A DNA stretch of 64,000 nt from Mobula hypostoma (lineage: Eukaryota), in assembly GCF_963921235.1 (NCBI RefSeq), contig NC_086101.1, forward strand, positions 10,108,001 through 10,172,000, in the 5' to 3' direction. Each line of letters starts with the position of its first letter. The first letter of the stretch is position 1. The notes beneath the pieces are model-generated. The model ran no database searches. It had not been told where the DNA came from and saw only the letters and a list, made by a program, of their open reading frames with translations. Position numbers and translations under genes: made by a program. Below are positions 37,180-49,890 of this stretch, in pieces.

Positions 37180-37822
37180 AATTTGCCTCACAGGTAGATA
37201 GGGTAGTTGAGAAAGCTTATGGGGTGTTAGCTTTCATAAGTCGAGGGACAGATTTTAAGAATCGCGATGTAATGATGCAGCTCTATAAAACTCTGGTTAG
37301 GCCACAATTGGAGTACTGTGTCCAGTTCTGGTCACCTCACTATAGGAAGGATGTGGAAGCATTGGAAACGGTACAGAGGAAATTTACCAGGATGCTGCCT
37401 GGTTTAGAGAGTATGCATTATGATCAGAGATTAAGGGAGCTAGGGCTTTACTCTTTGGAGAGAAGGAGAATGAGAGGAGACATGATAGAGGTGTACAAGA
37501 TAATAGAGGAAAAGATAGAGTGGACAGCCAGCACCTCTTCCCCAGGGCACCACTGCTCAATACAAGAGGACATGGCTTTAAGGTGAGGGGTGGGAAGTTC
37601 AAGGGGGATATTAGAGGAAGGTTTTTTACTCAGAGAGTGGTTGGTGCGTGGAATGCACTGCCTGAGTCAGTGGTGGAGGCAGATACACTAGTGAAGTTTA
37701 AGAGACTACTAGACAGGTATGTGGAGGAATTTAAGGTGGGAGCTTATATGGGAGGCAGGGTTTGAGGGTCAGCACAACATTATGGGCCGAAGCGCCCGTA
37801 CTGTGCTGTACAATTCTATGTT
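37180..37822 (+). mobile_element. CR1 3' fragment (paralogue at about 56330-56970)
   Basis: LYKTLVRPQLEYCVQFWSPHYRKD; TTCTATGT tail. Confidence 0.9.
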
Positions 37823-38109
37823 TCAAAGGGAGCGAAACAATGTGGGCCGTGAATTTGTACCCGTGGTGTGCTGTTCTGTGACCTAAAGAGATTCTGCCGT
37901 TTACCTGTGCTCTGTTCCCAGTCCTGAGGGTCTTGACACGAAACATCGACTGTTTATTCCTTTCCTGAGATTCTGCCTGACCTCCAGCACTTTGTGTGTT
38001 ACTCTGGATCTGCATCTTCAGAATCTCTTTGGTTTTGTTTCAATTCTGACTAATCTGAAGAGGAAAAAATAACATCTTCAGTTTAACTATTATGAAACAA
38101 AGTCTGCGT

Positions 38110-38580
38110 CTCTGTGGGCCCAGCTCTTTCCCAATCGCTAGGATGCTTTCACTTTCCCCGACACGCCTCGGTCACGGTCGGTGGAGAAGCGGCCGCTCCC
38201 GGAGCTGATCGGGTGAGTGGGGCTGGGGAGGCGCCTGGACAAAGAGGGTCACTTTCAAATTTCCCACCGGGGCTCAGTGAAAGGGCCTCCCTCCGACGGC
38301 GGCTCTGGCCCAGACTTCGCTTCGTTCCCAGAGTGGGGAGCTGCCGGCGTAACGGAGGCGGAAGTCGGGCGCTCCTCCGGACTGTGCCTTCGCTGCGCAG
38401 AGTTTCAGTCGGGGGTGGCAGGATTTTTGTTGAGAAGCCGCGGTGGGGTATGGAGTTTCCCGTTCGCGGTGCTGATCCACTCGGTGACTGGGCGGAGCGG
38501 GCAGAAGGGCCTGTGACCTGTGAGGTGGTTTAGAGTTGAGAAGTTGTGGGGGGGGGGGGGAGATTGCGCAGCCGCAGATA
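38110..38580. promoter_or_regulatory. CpG-island-like promoter / first exon with IRF, ETS and NF-kB motifs, copy 1
   Basis: CCAAT 38131; TTTCACTTTC within 38145-38157; CGG|GTGAGT donor 38213; CGGAAGT 38359; GGAGTTTCCC 38452-38461. Confidence 0.55.
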
Positions 38581-38959
38581 TTTAGGTTTAGGAGTACCGC
38601 AGTCTAAAATAAATCCAATGAGTCAGGCTGGCGAGAGAGTAGGAATAAAGTTGTTTTTTTTTAATGAACATCAAAAGAAACTTTACTCAAGTCAAATATA
38701 AAAGGAAGAAACAGTGCAAAGATTTTATAACACACACACAAAATGCCGCGGTTAATTCAGGAAGTGAGGAAGAATCTCTGGAGGGGAGTACAAAGTCGAA
38801 GTTTCGGGGCCGATACCTTTCAACAGAGCTGGAAAAGCAGGGACCAGAAGTCAGAATATATAAGTGGGATGGGGGTGGGGTGAGGGTGAGGAGTATGGGT
38901 GGGTCAGTGAGGGAGACGGGACGAAGTAAGAAAATATGAGATGATTGAACCATTTCCGA

Positions 38960-39120
38960 CACCCCTCCCCTTCCTTGACATCTCTGTCTGGCTCCAGGGA
39001 CGGATTATCTACAAATCCACGGACTCTCACAGCCTGCTGGACCAAACCTCCTCCCACCCTGTTGTAAAAATGACATCCCCATCCCTCAATTCCTCTGTCT
39101 CCGCGGTATCTGCTCTCAGG
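38960..39120 (+). mobile_element. Penelope RT C-terminal fragment (paralogue at 57724-57870)
   Basis: LPFLDISV...YKSTDSHS.LD.TSSHP. Confidence 0.7.
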
Positions 39121-39204
39121 ATGGCCATTACAGAGACTTGGCTGGGACCAGGGCAGAAATGGATTCTCAAAATTCCTGTATTTCAGTGCTTTAAAAGGGA
39201 TAGT

Positions 39205-41111
39205 TTTTTTTAATTTCAAAATATACTTTATTCAAAAATAAATATATACAATAAACCATTCAATAACTTTTCATCCTTTACATACGTTTCCATTATACAC
39301 AGTACATATTCCGTATTTATAGCCACCCACGTGGCACTCCAGTAGTTCAGCTTAGCATATCATTTCATTGTTGAGGGGTATATTCCCCGCCCTCCGACCC
39401 CTCCCACTCCCACGGGTGGAGAAACCTATACTGTGGTCCTTTTCCACCGGGCCCTTGTGGTGGCTGCACCGAGTTTCAGTGCGTCCCTCAGCACGTACTC
39501 CTGCAACCGAGAATGTGCCAGTCGGCAGCATTCTCCCACGGACATCTCCATGTGCTGGTAGATCATCAAGTTTCGGGCCGACCAAAGAGCGTCTTTCACC
39601 GAGCTGATGATCTGCCAGCAGCACCGGACGTTGGTCTCCGTGTGTGTCCCCGGGAACAGCCCGTAGATCAGAGAGTCCTCTGTTACGCAGCTGCTGGGGA
39701 TAAACCGTGACACTAGCCCGTCCATCCTCCTCCACACCCTCTTTGCGAACTGGCAGTGTGCAAAGAGGTGGGTCACAGACTCCTCCTCACTGCAGTCCTC
39801 CCGTGGGCAGTGGGGTGCGGAGACGACGTTCCGGGCGTACAGGAGGGCTCTGACTGGGAGGGCCCCTCTCACCGCCAGCCAGGCGAGGTCTTGGTGCCTG
39901 TTGGTTAGATCTGGCGATGAGGCATTTTCCCAGATGAACTGGACGGTCTGCTCAGGGAACCACCCCACTGTGTCCATCACGTCCTTCTCCTGCAGTGCCT
40001 GCAGGACATTACGTGCCGACCACTGCCTGATGGCCCTGTGGTCAAAGGCGTTCTCCTGGAAGAACTTTGCTAAGTAGGACAGGTATGCCGGCAACGACCA
40101 GCTGACTGGGGCGTTGCGCGGGAGTGGGGCCAGACCCATCCTTCGTAGCCAGGGCGACAAGTAGAACCTGGGCACATAGTGGTACTTGGTGCCCACATAC
40201 CTGGGCTCTACACACAACCTGATGCAACCACATACGAAGCTGGCCATCAGGGTGAGGGCGACATTGGGGACGTTCTTGCCCCCGTTGTCCAGGGACTTGT
40301 GCATGGCGGTCCGTCTCACCCGCTCCATCTTGGATCCCCAGACGAATCTGAAGACAGCCCGGGTGATTTCCGAGCTGTAGGAGCGGGGGACGGGCCAGAC
40401 CTGCGCCAAGTACAGCAGCCCTGAGAGCACCTCACACCTGATGACCAGGTTCTTGCCCGTTATCGACAGGGAGCAACCTCCCCACAGTCCCAGTTTCTGT
40501 TTCACCTTGGCAGTCCGCTCCTGCCAGTTCTTGTTGCACGCCTCCGCCCCTCCGAACCAGATCCCCAACACCCTCACGTGGTCAGACCTGATGGTGAAGG
40601 GGACGCTGGATCGGTCGGGCCAGTTGCCGAAGAGCATGGTTTCGCTCTTCGTGCGGTTGACCCTGGCCCCCGACGCTAGCTCGAACTGTTCGCAGGTGCC
40701 AATCAACCTGCGAACTGACCTCGGATCAGAGCAGAAGACGGTGACGTCGTCCATGTACAGGGAGGTTTTCACTTGGGTCCCTCCACTGCCTGGCAGAGTC
40801 ACCCCTCTTATGCCCTCATCCCTCCCGATGGCTTCCGCAAAGGGTTCTATGCAGCAGACAGACAAGACAGGGGAGAGGGGACAGCCCTGCCTGACTCCAG
40901 ACCTGATGGGGAAGCTGTCTGTTTCCCATCCGTTAACCTGGACTGCGCTACGGATGTCTGTGTAGAGCAGTCTAATCCAATTCCTGATTCCCTCCCCAAA
41001 TCCCATTTTGGAGAGCACGTCCGCCATGTACGTGTGCGATATCCTGTCGAAGGCTTTCTCCTGGTCCAAGCTGACCAGGCAGGCGTCCACCCCCCTGTCC
41101 TGCACGTAGGC
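39205..41111 (-). mobile_element. Young 5'-truncated Tx1-clade LINE
   Basis: A-rich tail at left, TSD GATAGT at 39199-39204 and 41112-41117; empty site in copy 2 near 57947. Confidence 0.95.
39426..41105 (-). CDS. Tx1 ORF2 C-terminal part: RT plus zinc-binding (zf-RVT-like) domain, uninterrupted 559 codons
   Basis: SLDQEKAFDR, GVRQGCPLSP, LYMDD, CPREDC.EEESVTHLFAHC. Confidence 0.9.
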   Translation of the reverse strand: MQDRGVDACLVSLDQEKAFDRISHTYMADVLSKMGFGEGIRNWIRLLYTDIRSAVQVNGWETDSFPIRSGVRQGCPLSPVLSVCCIEPFAEAIGRDEGIRGVTLPGSGGTQVKTSLYMDDVTVFCSDPRSVRRLIGTCEQFELASGARVNRTKSETMLFGNWPDRSSVPFTIRSDHVRVLGIWFGGAEACNKNWQERTAKVKQKLGLWGGCSLSITGKNLVIRCEVLSGLLYLAQVWPVPRSYSSEITRAVFRFVWGSKMERVRRTAMHKSLDNGGKNVPNVALTLMASFVCGCIRLCVEPRYVGTKYHYVPRFYLSPWLRRMGLAPLPRNAPVSWSLPAYLSYLAKFFQENAFDHRAIRQWSARNVLQALQEKDVMDTVGWFPEQTVQFIWENASSPDLTNRHQDLAWLAVRGALPVRALLYARNVVSAPHCPREDCSEEESVTHLFAHCQFAKRVWRRMDGLVSRFIPSSCVTEDSLIYGLFPGTHTETNVRCCWQIISSVKDALWSARNLMIYQHMEMSVGECCRLAHSRLQEYVLRDALKLGAATTRARWKRTTV

Positions 41112-41267
41112 GATAGTGGGGAGAGGGGAGGAGGGGTGGCATTACTGGTCAGAGATACTATTACAGCTACAGAAAGGGTGGGTAATGTAGCAGGATCCTC
41201 TTTTGAGTCAGAATGGGTGGAAGTCAGGAACAGGAAGGGAGCAGTTACTCTATTGGGAGTATTTTAC

Positions 41268-44200
41268 CATAGAAACTACAGCACAGAAACAGGCCTTTTG
41301 GCCCTTCTTGGCTGTGTCAAACCATTTTCTGCCTAGTCCCACTGACCTGCACACGGATCATATCCCTCCATACACCTCCCATCCATGTATCTGTCCAATT
41401 TATTCTTAAATGTTAAAAAAGAACCCGCATTTACCACCTCGTCTGGCAGCTCATTCCATACTCCCACCACTCTGTGTGTGAAGAAGCCCCCACTAATGTT
41501 CCCTTTAAACTTTTCCCCCTCTCACCCTTAACCCATGTCCTCTGGTTTTTATCTCCCCTTGCCTCAGTGGAAAAAGCCTGCTTGCATTCACTCTATCTAT
41601 ACCCATCATAATTTTATACATCTCTATCAAATCTCCCCTCATTCTTCTACGCTCCAGGGAATAAAGTCCTAACCTATTCAACCTTTCTCTGTAACAGAGT
41701 TTCTCATGTCCTGGCAACATCCTTGTAAACCTTCTCTGCACTCTTTCAACCTTATTTATATCCTTCCTGTAATTTGGTGACCAAAACTGAACACAATACT
41801 CCAGATTCGGCCTCACCAATGCCTTATACAACCACATCATAACATTCCAGCTCTTATACTCAATACTTCGATTAATAAAGGCCAATGTACCAAAAGCTCT
41901 CTTTACGACCCTATCTACCTGTGACGACACGTTTAGGGAATTTTGTATCCGTATTCCCAGATCCCTCTGTTCCACTGCACTCCTCAGTGCCTTACCATTA
42001 ACCCTGTATGTTCTACGTTGGTTTGTCCTTCCAACGTGCAATACCTCACACTTGTCAGTATTAAACTCCATCTGCCATTTTTCAGCCCATTTTTCCAGCT
42101 GGTCCAAGTCCCTCTGCAGGCTCTGAAAACCTTCCTCACTGTCTACTACACCTCCAATCTTTGTATCATTAGCAAACTTGCTGATCCAATTTACCACATT
42201 ATCATCCAGATCATTGATATAGATGACAAATAACAATGGACCCAGCACAGATCCCTGTGGCACACCACTAGTCACAGGCCTCCACTCAGAGAAGCAATTC
42301 TCTACCACCACTCTCTGGCTTCTTCCATCGAGCCAATGTCTAATCCAATTTACCACCTCTCCATGTATACCTAGCGAATGAATTTTCCTAACTAACCTCC
42401 CATGCGGGACCTTGTCAAAGGCCTTACTGAAGTCCATGTGGACAATATCCACTGCATTCCCTTCATCCACTTTCCTGGTAACCTCCTCGAAAAACTCCAA
42501 TAGATTGGTCAAACATGACCTACCACGCACAAAGCCATGATGACTCTCCCTAATAATTCCCTGTCTATCCAAATGCTTGTCGATTCTGTCTCTTAGTACT
42601 CCCTCCAATAATTTACCTACTACCGATGTTAAACTCACCGGCCTATAATTTCCCGGATTACTTTTTGATCCTTTTTTTAAACAATGGAACAACATGAGCC
42701 ACTCTCCAATCCTCCGGCACTTCACCAATAGACAGCGACATTTTAAATATTTCTGCCAGGGCCCCCGCAATTTCAACTCTAGTCTCCTTCAAGGTCCGAG
42801 GAAACACTCTGTCAGGTCCTGGGGATTTATCCACTTTAATTTTCCTCAAGACAGCAAGCACCTCCTCCTTTTCAATCTGTACAGTTTCCATGATCTCACT
42901 ACTTGATTCCCTCAATTCCATAGACTTCATGCCAGATTCCTTAGTAAATACAGACGCAAAAAACCTATTTAAGATCTCCCCCATTTCCTTTGGTTCCGCA
43001 CATAGCCTACCACTGATCTTCAAGAGGACCAATTTTATCCCTTACAATCCTTTTGCTCTTAATATACTTGTAAAAGCTCTTTGGATTATCCTTCACTTTG
43101 ACTGCCAAGGCAACCTCATGTCTTCTTTTAGCCCTCCTGATTTCTTTCTTAAGTATTTTCTTGCACTTCTTATACTCCTCAAGCACCTGATTTACTCCCT
43201 GTTTCCTATACATTTCATACAACTCCCTCTTCTTCTTTATCAGAGTTGCAATATCCCTTGAGAACCAAGTTTCCTTATTCCTATTCAATATGTCTTTAAT
43301 CCTGATAGGAACATACAAACTCTGCACTCTCAAAATTTCCCCTTCGAAGGCTTCCCACCTACCAATCACATCTTTGCCAGAGAACAACCTGTCCCAATCC
43401 ACGTTTTTTAGATCCTTTCTCATTTCTTCAAATTTGGCCTTCTTCCAGTTCAGAACCTCAACCCTAGGACCAGATCTATCCTTATCCATGATCAAATTGA
43501 AACTAATGGTGTTATGATCACTGGAACCAAAGTGCTCCCCTACACAGACTTCTGTCACTTGCCCTAATTTGTTTCCTAACAGGAGATCCAATATTGCATC
43601 CCCTCTAGTTGGTCCCTCTATATATTGATTTAGAAAACTTTCCTGAAAACATTTTACAAAATCTAAACCATCGAGACCCCTAACAGTATGGGAGTCCCAA
43701 TCAATATATGGAAAATTAAAATCCCCTACCACCACAACTTTATGTTTCCTGCAGTTGCCTGCTATCTCTCTGCAGATTTGCTCTTCCAAGTCTCGTTGAC
43801 TATTGGGTGGTCTGTAATACAATCCCACTAATGTGGCCATACCTTTCCTGTTTCTCAGCTCCACCCATAAGGACTCAGTAGACAAGCCCTCTAATCTGTC
43901 CTGCCCAAGCACTGCTGTAATATTTTCTCTAACAAGCAATGCTACTCCCCCACCTTTCATTCCTCTGCCTCGATCACATCTGAAACGTCAGAACCCTGGA
44001 ATATTAAGCTGCCAGTCCTGCCCCTCCTGTAGCCAAGTTTCACTAATTACTATAACATCATAATTCCACGTGTCAATCCATGCCCTCAACTCATCCGCCT
44101 TCCCCGCAATACTCCTAGCATTGAAATATATACACCTCAGAAGATTTTTACCACCACTCACAACTTTTCTATCAGCGGATTTGCTTAAACTTTCAACATC

Positions 44201-44802
44201 ATTTATTTTCACCTCAGCCACACTATCAGCTCTGGCACTCTGGTTCCCATCCCCCTGCAAATCTAGTTTAAAGCCTCCCCAATAGCACTAACAAACCTCC
44301 CTGAAAGGATATTGGTCCCCCTGTAGTTCAAGTGTAATCCGTCTCTCTTGTACAGGTCCCACCTGCCCCAGAAGAGGTCCCAATGATCCTGAAATCTGAA
44401 ACCTTGCCCCCTACACCAGTTCCTCAGCCACTTGTTCCTCCTCCAGAGCATCCTATTCCTACCCTCGCTGGCACCTAGCACAGGTAGCAATCCTGAGATT
44501 ACCACCCTTGAGGTCCTGCTTTTCAACTTCCTACCAAAGCTCTCTATACTCACTGTCCAGGACCTCCTCACTCTTCCTTGCTATGTCATTGGTACCGATG
44601 TGCACCACGACATCTGGCTGGTCACCCTCCCACTTCGGAATGTCATGCAATCCATCAGAGACATCCTTGACCCTCGCACCTAGGAGGCAACAAACCATCC
44701 TGGATTCTCTGTCATGACCACAGAACCTCCTATCTGCACCTCTAACTATCGAGTCCCCTATCACTACCGCTATCCTCTTTTCCCCCCTCTCTTCTGCACT
44801 GC
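41268..44802 (-). mobile_element. Long CR1: ORF1 SGNH-esterase-like part plus complete ORF2 with a few frameshifts
   Basis: IGDSIVRG...VVVHIGTND; ORFs 43988-44260, 43007-43960, 42658-43032 and 41505-42776; absent from copy 2. Confidence 0.95.
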
Positions 44803-45081
44803 AGGTCCCCTGGTAGCAGCAGAGGTACCAAGGAGCGGATTGGGAGGCAGATTTTGGAAAGGTGCAAAAATAACAGGGTTTTTATCATGGATGACTTTAA
44901 CTTCCCTAATATTGATTGGTACCTGATTAGTTCCAAGGGTTTGGACGGGGCAGAGTTTGTTAAGTGTGTCCAGGATGGATTCCTGTCACAGTATGTTGAC
45001 AGGCCGACTAGGGAGAATGCCATACTAGATCTAGTATTAGGTAATGGACCGGGTCAGGTCACAGATCTCTCAGTGGGTGAG

Positions 45082-46063
45082 TGTCACGAACCCCGTGACA
45101 GGAATAAAGAACCAGCAGAAATAGAAAGCACTTTGGAGTCCAGTATTGCTATTAACTGATAATATTTATTAGTAACTACACAATACAGTGATATAAATGT
45201 AGATAAATCAAACAGGTTAGAAATGATTATATATGTGTATGTGTATATATATATATATATGTAAGTAAATCAGTAAGTGTGGAAATATATGTAATAAACA
45301 CCAAGCTTGTTTAAGTCTAGGGGTAAAAAGATACAGTCTTAGAATGAGTCTTACAGTTCAGTTCAGTTCAGTCCGTGGTATTGAGTTGAGTAGTGATGGA
45401 GAGAGAGAGAGGGAGAGATTTGAGTCTTTAAGTGAGCTGACGCCGTCGATATTCTCGATGTCCTTCGAAATCCTTTAAAAGTCACCGACTGTGACTTGAA
45501 CAAAGGGGCCCGGTTTTCTGTGGTGGAGCTATCCCCCAGGCGAGGGTGGACACATGGACAACTACCCACCAGTCAACCCTTTTCCTCTTTCCACTGCAAG
45601 AGCGATGGATCGATCCACCTGATCAATCCTCCAAAACCCACTTTTTCATTCAGTGCTCATTCAGTGTCCAGAACATGTGCCTGAAATCTGTATCATCTGA
45701 CCTCCTATTTTATCTTCCCGTGCTGAGCATCAACTGTCATTCAAATAATAAGCCCTCCTTCCTCTCTCTGTGAAGAAATGCAAGCAGGCAAAAATCCTTG
45801 AAGAAAGTGTCAACAACCTGCCGAAAATCATAACATCGAGTTTCCATTTAATAACGCCCTCAGTCACCATAGCAACTTACGAGCTGCTCGGTGCTATCTC
45901 CACTTCAGCAGAAATCCAACAGTTATTTCTTGTTCCATAAAGTGACAATCCACCCATCAGTCTTCGTCTCTCTCTCTCTCTTACAAACAAGCTGGTGTTA
46001 AATAACTCTCTTTCTCTCTTTTCAAAAGCACAGTTAATAGGGGTAATTCAGGGACCTGTCACA
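45082..46063 (-). mobile_element. Gypsy 3' LTR, followed by PPT and about 180 bp of internal sequence
   Basis: TGTCAC...GTCACA termini; paralogue of 58382-59388. Confidence 0.9.
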
Positions 46064-48725
46064 CTCCCCTTCCTCAGAGAAAAAAAAATTGACGAAGACG
46101 ATTTTTTTTCCCTAAATGTACATTACAGAGTTTGAATAATACAGGTAAATCATCAGATGACAGAGCAAAAATGTGTACAATTTCCAACTTAATATCTGGA
46201 TAACTAATCAGCTATAACACTGTCAGTATCTTTCACATGTTTGATGATGTTTTTGCAGGGAAATATACTCTGGACATGTGGTCGATGTTTAGGAATCTCT
46301 TGCATGATGTTAGGGAGAAACTTGTCCCAGTGAGGAAGATAAAGAATGGTAGGGTGAAGATACCATGGGTGACAAATGAGGTGGAAAATCTAGTCAAGTG
46401 GAAGAAGACAGCATACATGAGGTTTAGGAAGCAAGGATCAGATGGGTCTATTGAGGAATATAGGGTAGCAAGAAAGGAGCTTAAGAAGGGGGTGAGGAGA
46501 GCAAGAAGGGGGCATGAGAAGGCCTTGGCAAGTAGGGTAAAGGAAAACCCCAAGACATTCTTCAATTATGTAAAGAAAAGGATGACAGGAGTGAAAGTAG
46601 GATGGATTAGAGATAAAGGAGGGAAGATGTGCCTGGAGGCTGTGGAAGTGAGCGAGGTCCTCAATGAATACTTCCCTTCGGTATTCACCAATGAGAGGGA
46701 ACTTGATGATGGCGAGGACGATATGAGTGAGGTTGACGTCGTGGAGCATGTTGATATTAAGGGAGAGGAGGTGTTGGAGTTGTTAAAAGATATTAGGACG
46801 AATAGGTCCCTGGGGCCTGACGGTATATTCCCCAGGCTGCTCCACGAGGCAAGGGAAGAGATTGCTGAACCTCTGGTTAGGATCTTTATGTCCATGTTGT
46901 CCACGAGAATGGTACCGGAGGATTGGAGGGAGGCGAATATTGTCCCTATGTTCAAAAAAGGTAGTAGGGATAGTCCGGGTAATTATAGACCAGTGAGCCT
47001 TATATTTGTGGTGGGAAAGCTGTTGGAAAAGATTCTTAGAGATAGGATCTATGGGCATTTAGAGAATCATGGTCTGATCAGGGACAGTTAGCATGGCTTT
47101 GTGAAGGGCAGATCATGTCTCACAAGACTGATAGAGTTCTTTGAGGAGGTGACCTGGCATATAGATGAGGGTAGTGCAGTGGATGTGATCTGCATGGATT
47201 TTAGTAAGGCATTTGACAAGATTCCACACGGTAGGCTTATTCAGAAAGTCAGAAGGCATGGGATCCAGGAAGTTTGGCCAGGTGGATTCAGAATTGGCTT
47301 GCCTGCAGAATGCAGAGGGTCGTGTTGGAGGGAGCACATTCGGATTGGAGGGTTGTGACTAGTGGTGTCCCATAAGGATCGGTTGTGGGACCTCTACTTT
47401 TCCTGGTTTTTATTAACAACCTGGATGTTGGGGTAGAAGGGTGAGTTGGCAAGTTTGCAGACAACACAAAGATTGGTGGTGTTGTGGATAGTGTAGAGGA
47501 TTGTCGAAGATTGCAGAGAGACATTGATAGGATGCAGAAGTGGGCTGAGAAGTGGCAGATGGAGTTCATCCCGGAGAAGTGTGAAGTGGTACACTTTGAA
47601 AGGACAAACTCCAAGACAGAGTACAAAGTAAATGGCAGGATACTTGGTAGTGTGGAGGAGCAGCGGTTATCTGGGGTTACCTGTCGACAGATCCCTGAAA
47701 GTTGCCTCACAGGTGGATAGGTTAGTTAAGAAAGCTTATGGGGTGTTAGCTTTCATAAGTCGAGGGATAGAGTTTAAGAGTCACGATGTAATGATGCGGC
47801 TCTAAAAAACTCTGGTTAGGCCACACTCGGAGTACTGTGTCCAGTTCTGGTCACCTCACTATAGGAAGGATGTGGAAGCATTGGAAAGGAGATTTACCAG
47901 GGTGCTGTCTGGTTTAGAAAGTATGTATTATGATCAGAGATTAAGGGAGCTAGGGCTTTACTCTTTGGAGAGGAGGAGAATGAGAGGAGACATGATAGAG
48001 GTGTACAAGATAATAAGAGGAGTAGATAGAGTGGATAGCCAGCGCCTCTTCCCCAGGGCACCACTGCTCAATACAAGAGGACATGGCTTTAAGGTAAGGG
48101 CTGGGAAGTTCAAGGGGGATATTAGAGGAAGGTTTTTTACTCAGAGAGTGGTTGGTGCGTGGAATGCACTGCCTGAGTCGGTGGTGGAGGCAGATACACT
48201 AGTGAAGTTTAAGAGACTACTAGAAAGGTATATGGGGGAATTTAAGGTGGGGGCTTAAATGGTAGGCAGGGTTTGAGGGTCGGCACATTGTGGGCCGAAG
48301 GGCCTGTACTGTGCTGTACTACTCTATGTTCTATGTAATAGTATTAAAAAGGATAACAAAAGTTACTTCAGATATATAAATTATAAAAGAGAGGAGTGAG
48401 TGGATATTGGACAACTTAAAAATGATGGAGAGGTAGTAACGTGGGGCAACCAATCTGTGGATGAACTGAAGAAGTATTTTAGGTCAGTCTTCACTGTGGA
48501 AGACACTGCCATTGTGCTGGAACTTACAGGTATCAGGGGTCATGAAGTGTGTGAAGTTACCATAACTAAAGAGAAGGGCCTTGTGAAACTGAAAGGTCTG
48601 AAGGTAGATAAGTTACCTGGAGCAGATAGTGTACACCTCATGGTTCTTAAATATGTGGCTGAAGAGATCACAGAGGCATTAGTAATGATCTTTCAAGAAT
48701 CACTAGGTTTTGGAATGGTTCCAAA

Positions 48726-49890
48726 TGGAATGAAGTGTACCTGGACTTTCAGAAAGCCGTTGATAAAGTCCCACATAGGAGATTAGTGGGCAAAATTAGA
48801 GCACGTAGTACTGGGGGCAGAGTACTGACATGGATTGAAAATTGGCTGGCTGACAGAAAACAAAGAGTAGCGATTAACGGGTCCCTTTCGGAATGGCAGG
48901 CGGTGACCAGTGGGGTACCGCAGGGTTCAGTGCTGGGACCGCAGCTGAGGGAATTAAAACTAACATTAGCAAATTTGCCGATGACACAAAGCTGGCTGGC
49001 AGTGTGAAATGTGAGGAGGATGTTATGAGAATGCAGGGTGACTTGGACAGGCTGGGTAAGTGGGCAGATGCAGTTTAATGTGGTTAAATGTGAGGTTATC
49101 CACTTTGGTGGTAAGAACAGGAAGGCAGATTATTACCTAAATAGAGTCATTAGAAAAGGGGGAAGTGCAATGAGATCGAGGTGTTCTTGTACATCAGTCA
49201 CTGAAAGCAAGCATGCAAGTACAGCAGGCAGTGAAGAAAGCTAATTGCATGCTGGCCTTCATAACAAGGGGAATTGAGTATAAGAGCAAAGAGGTCCTTC
49301 TGCAGCTGTACAGGGCCCTGGTGAAACCACACCTGGAGTACTGTGTGCAGTTTTGGTCTCCAAATTTTTATGAAGGACATTCTTGCTATTGAGGGAGTGC
49401 AGCATAGGTTCACAAGGTTAATTCCCAGGATGGCAGGACTGTCATATGTCGAAAGATTGGAGCGACTGGGCTTGTATGCTCTGGAATTTAGAAGGCTGAG
49501 AGGGGATCTTATTGAAACATGTAAGATTATTAAGGGATTGGACACGCTGGAGGCAGGAAGCATGTTTCCGCTGATGGGTGAGTCCAGAACCAGAGGCCAC
49601 AGTTTAAGAATAAGGGGTAGGCCATTTAGAACGGAGTTGAGGAAAAACTTTTTCACCCAAAGAGTGGTGGATATGTGGAATGCTCTGCCCCAGAAGGCTT
49701 TGGAGGCCAAGTCTCTGGATGCTTTCAAGAAAGAGATGGATAGAGCTCTTAAAGATAGCAGAATCAAAGGTTATGGGGATAAGGCAGGAACTGGATACTG
49801 ATTGTGGATGATCAGCCATGATCACAGTCAATGGCGGTGCTGGCTCAAAGGGCCAAATGGCCTACTCCTGCACCTATTGTCTATTGTCTA
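48726..49890 (+). mobile_element. Copy-2-specific CR1 3' fragment
   Basis: YLDFQKAVDKVPH...; (CTATTGT)n tail. Confidence 0.9.

Larger units (their letters stand above)
30139..48335 (+). repeat. Tandem segmental duplication, copy 1 (about 18.2 kb)
   Basis: Colinear with 48336-64000 starting at TAATAGTATTAAAAAGGATAAC. Confidence 0.9.
39119..48335 (+). mobile_element. Host CR1 ORF2 broken by Tx1, antisense CR1 and Gypsy insertions (paralogue 57869-64000)
   Basis: MAITETWL at 39121, continuing at 41112-41266, 44803-45081 and 46243-48335 with a CTATGTT tail. Confidence 0.85.

Noticed and set aside
38114..38533. 139-aa ORF present in both duplicate copies
   Set aside because: GTG start in GC-rich DNA, no recognisable domain, and the similarity is explained by the duplication
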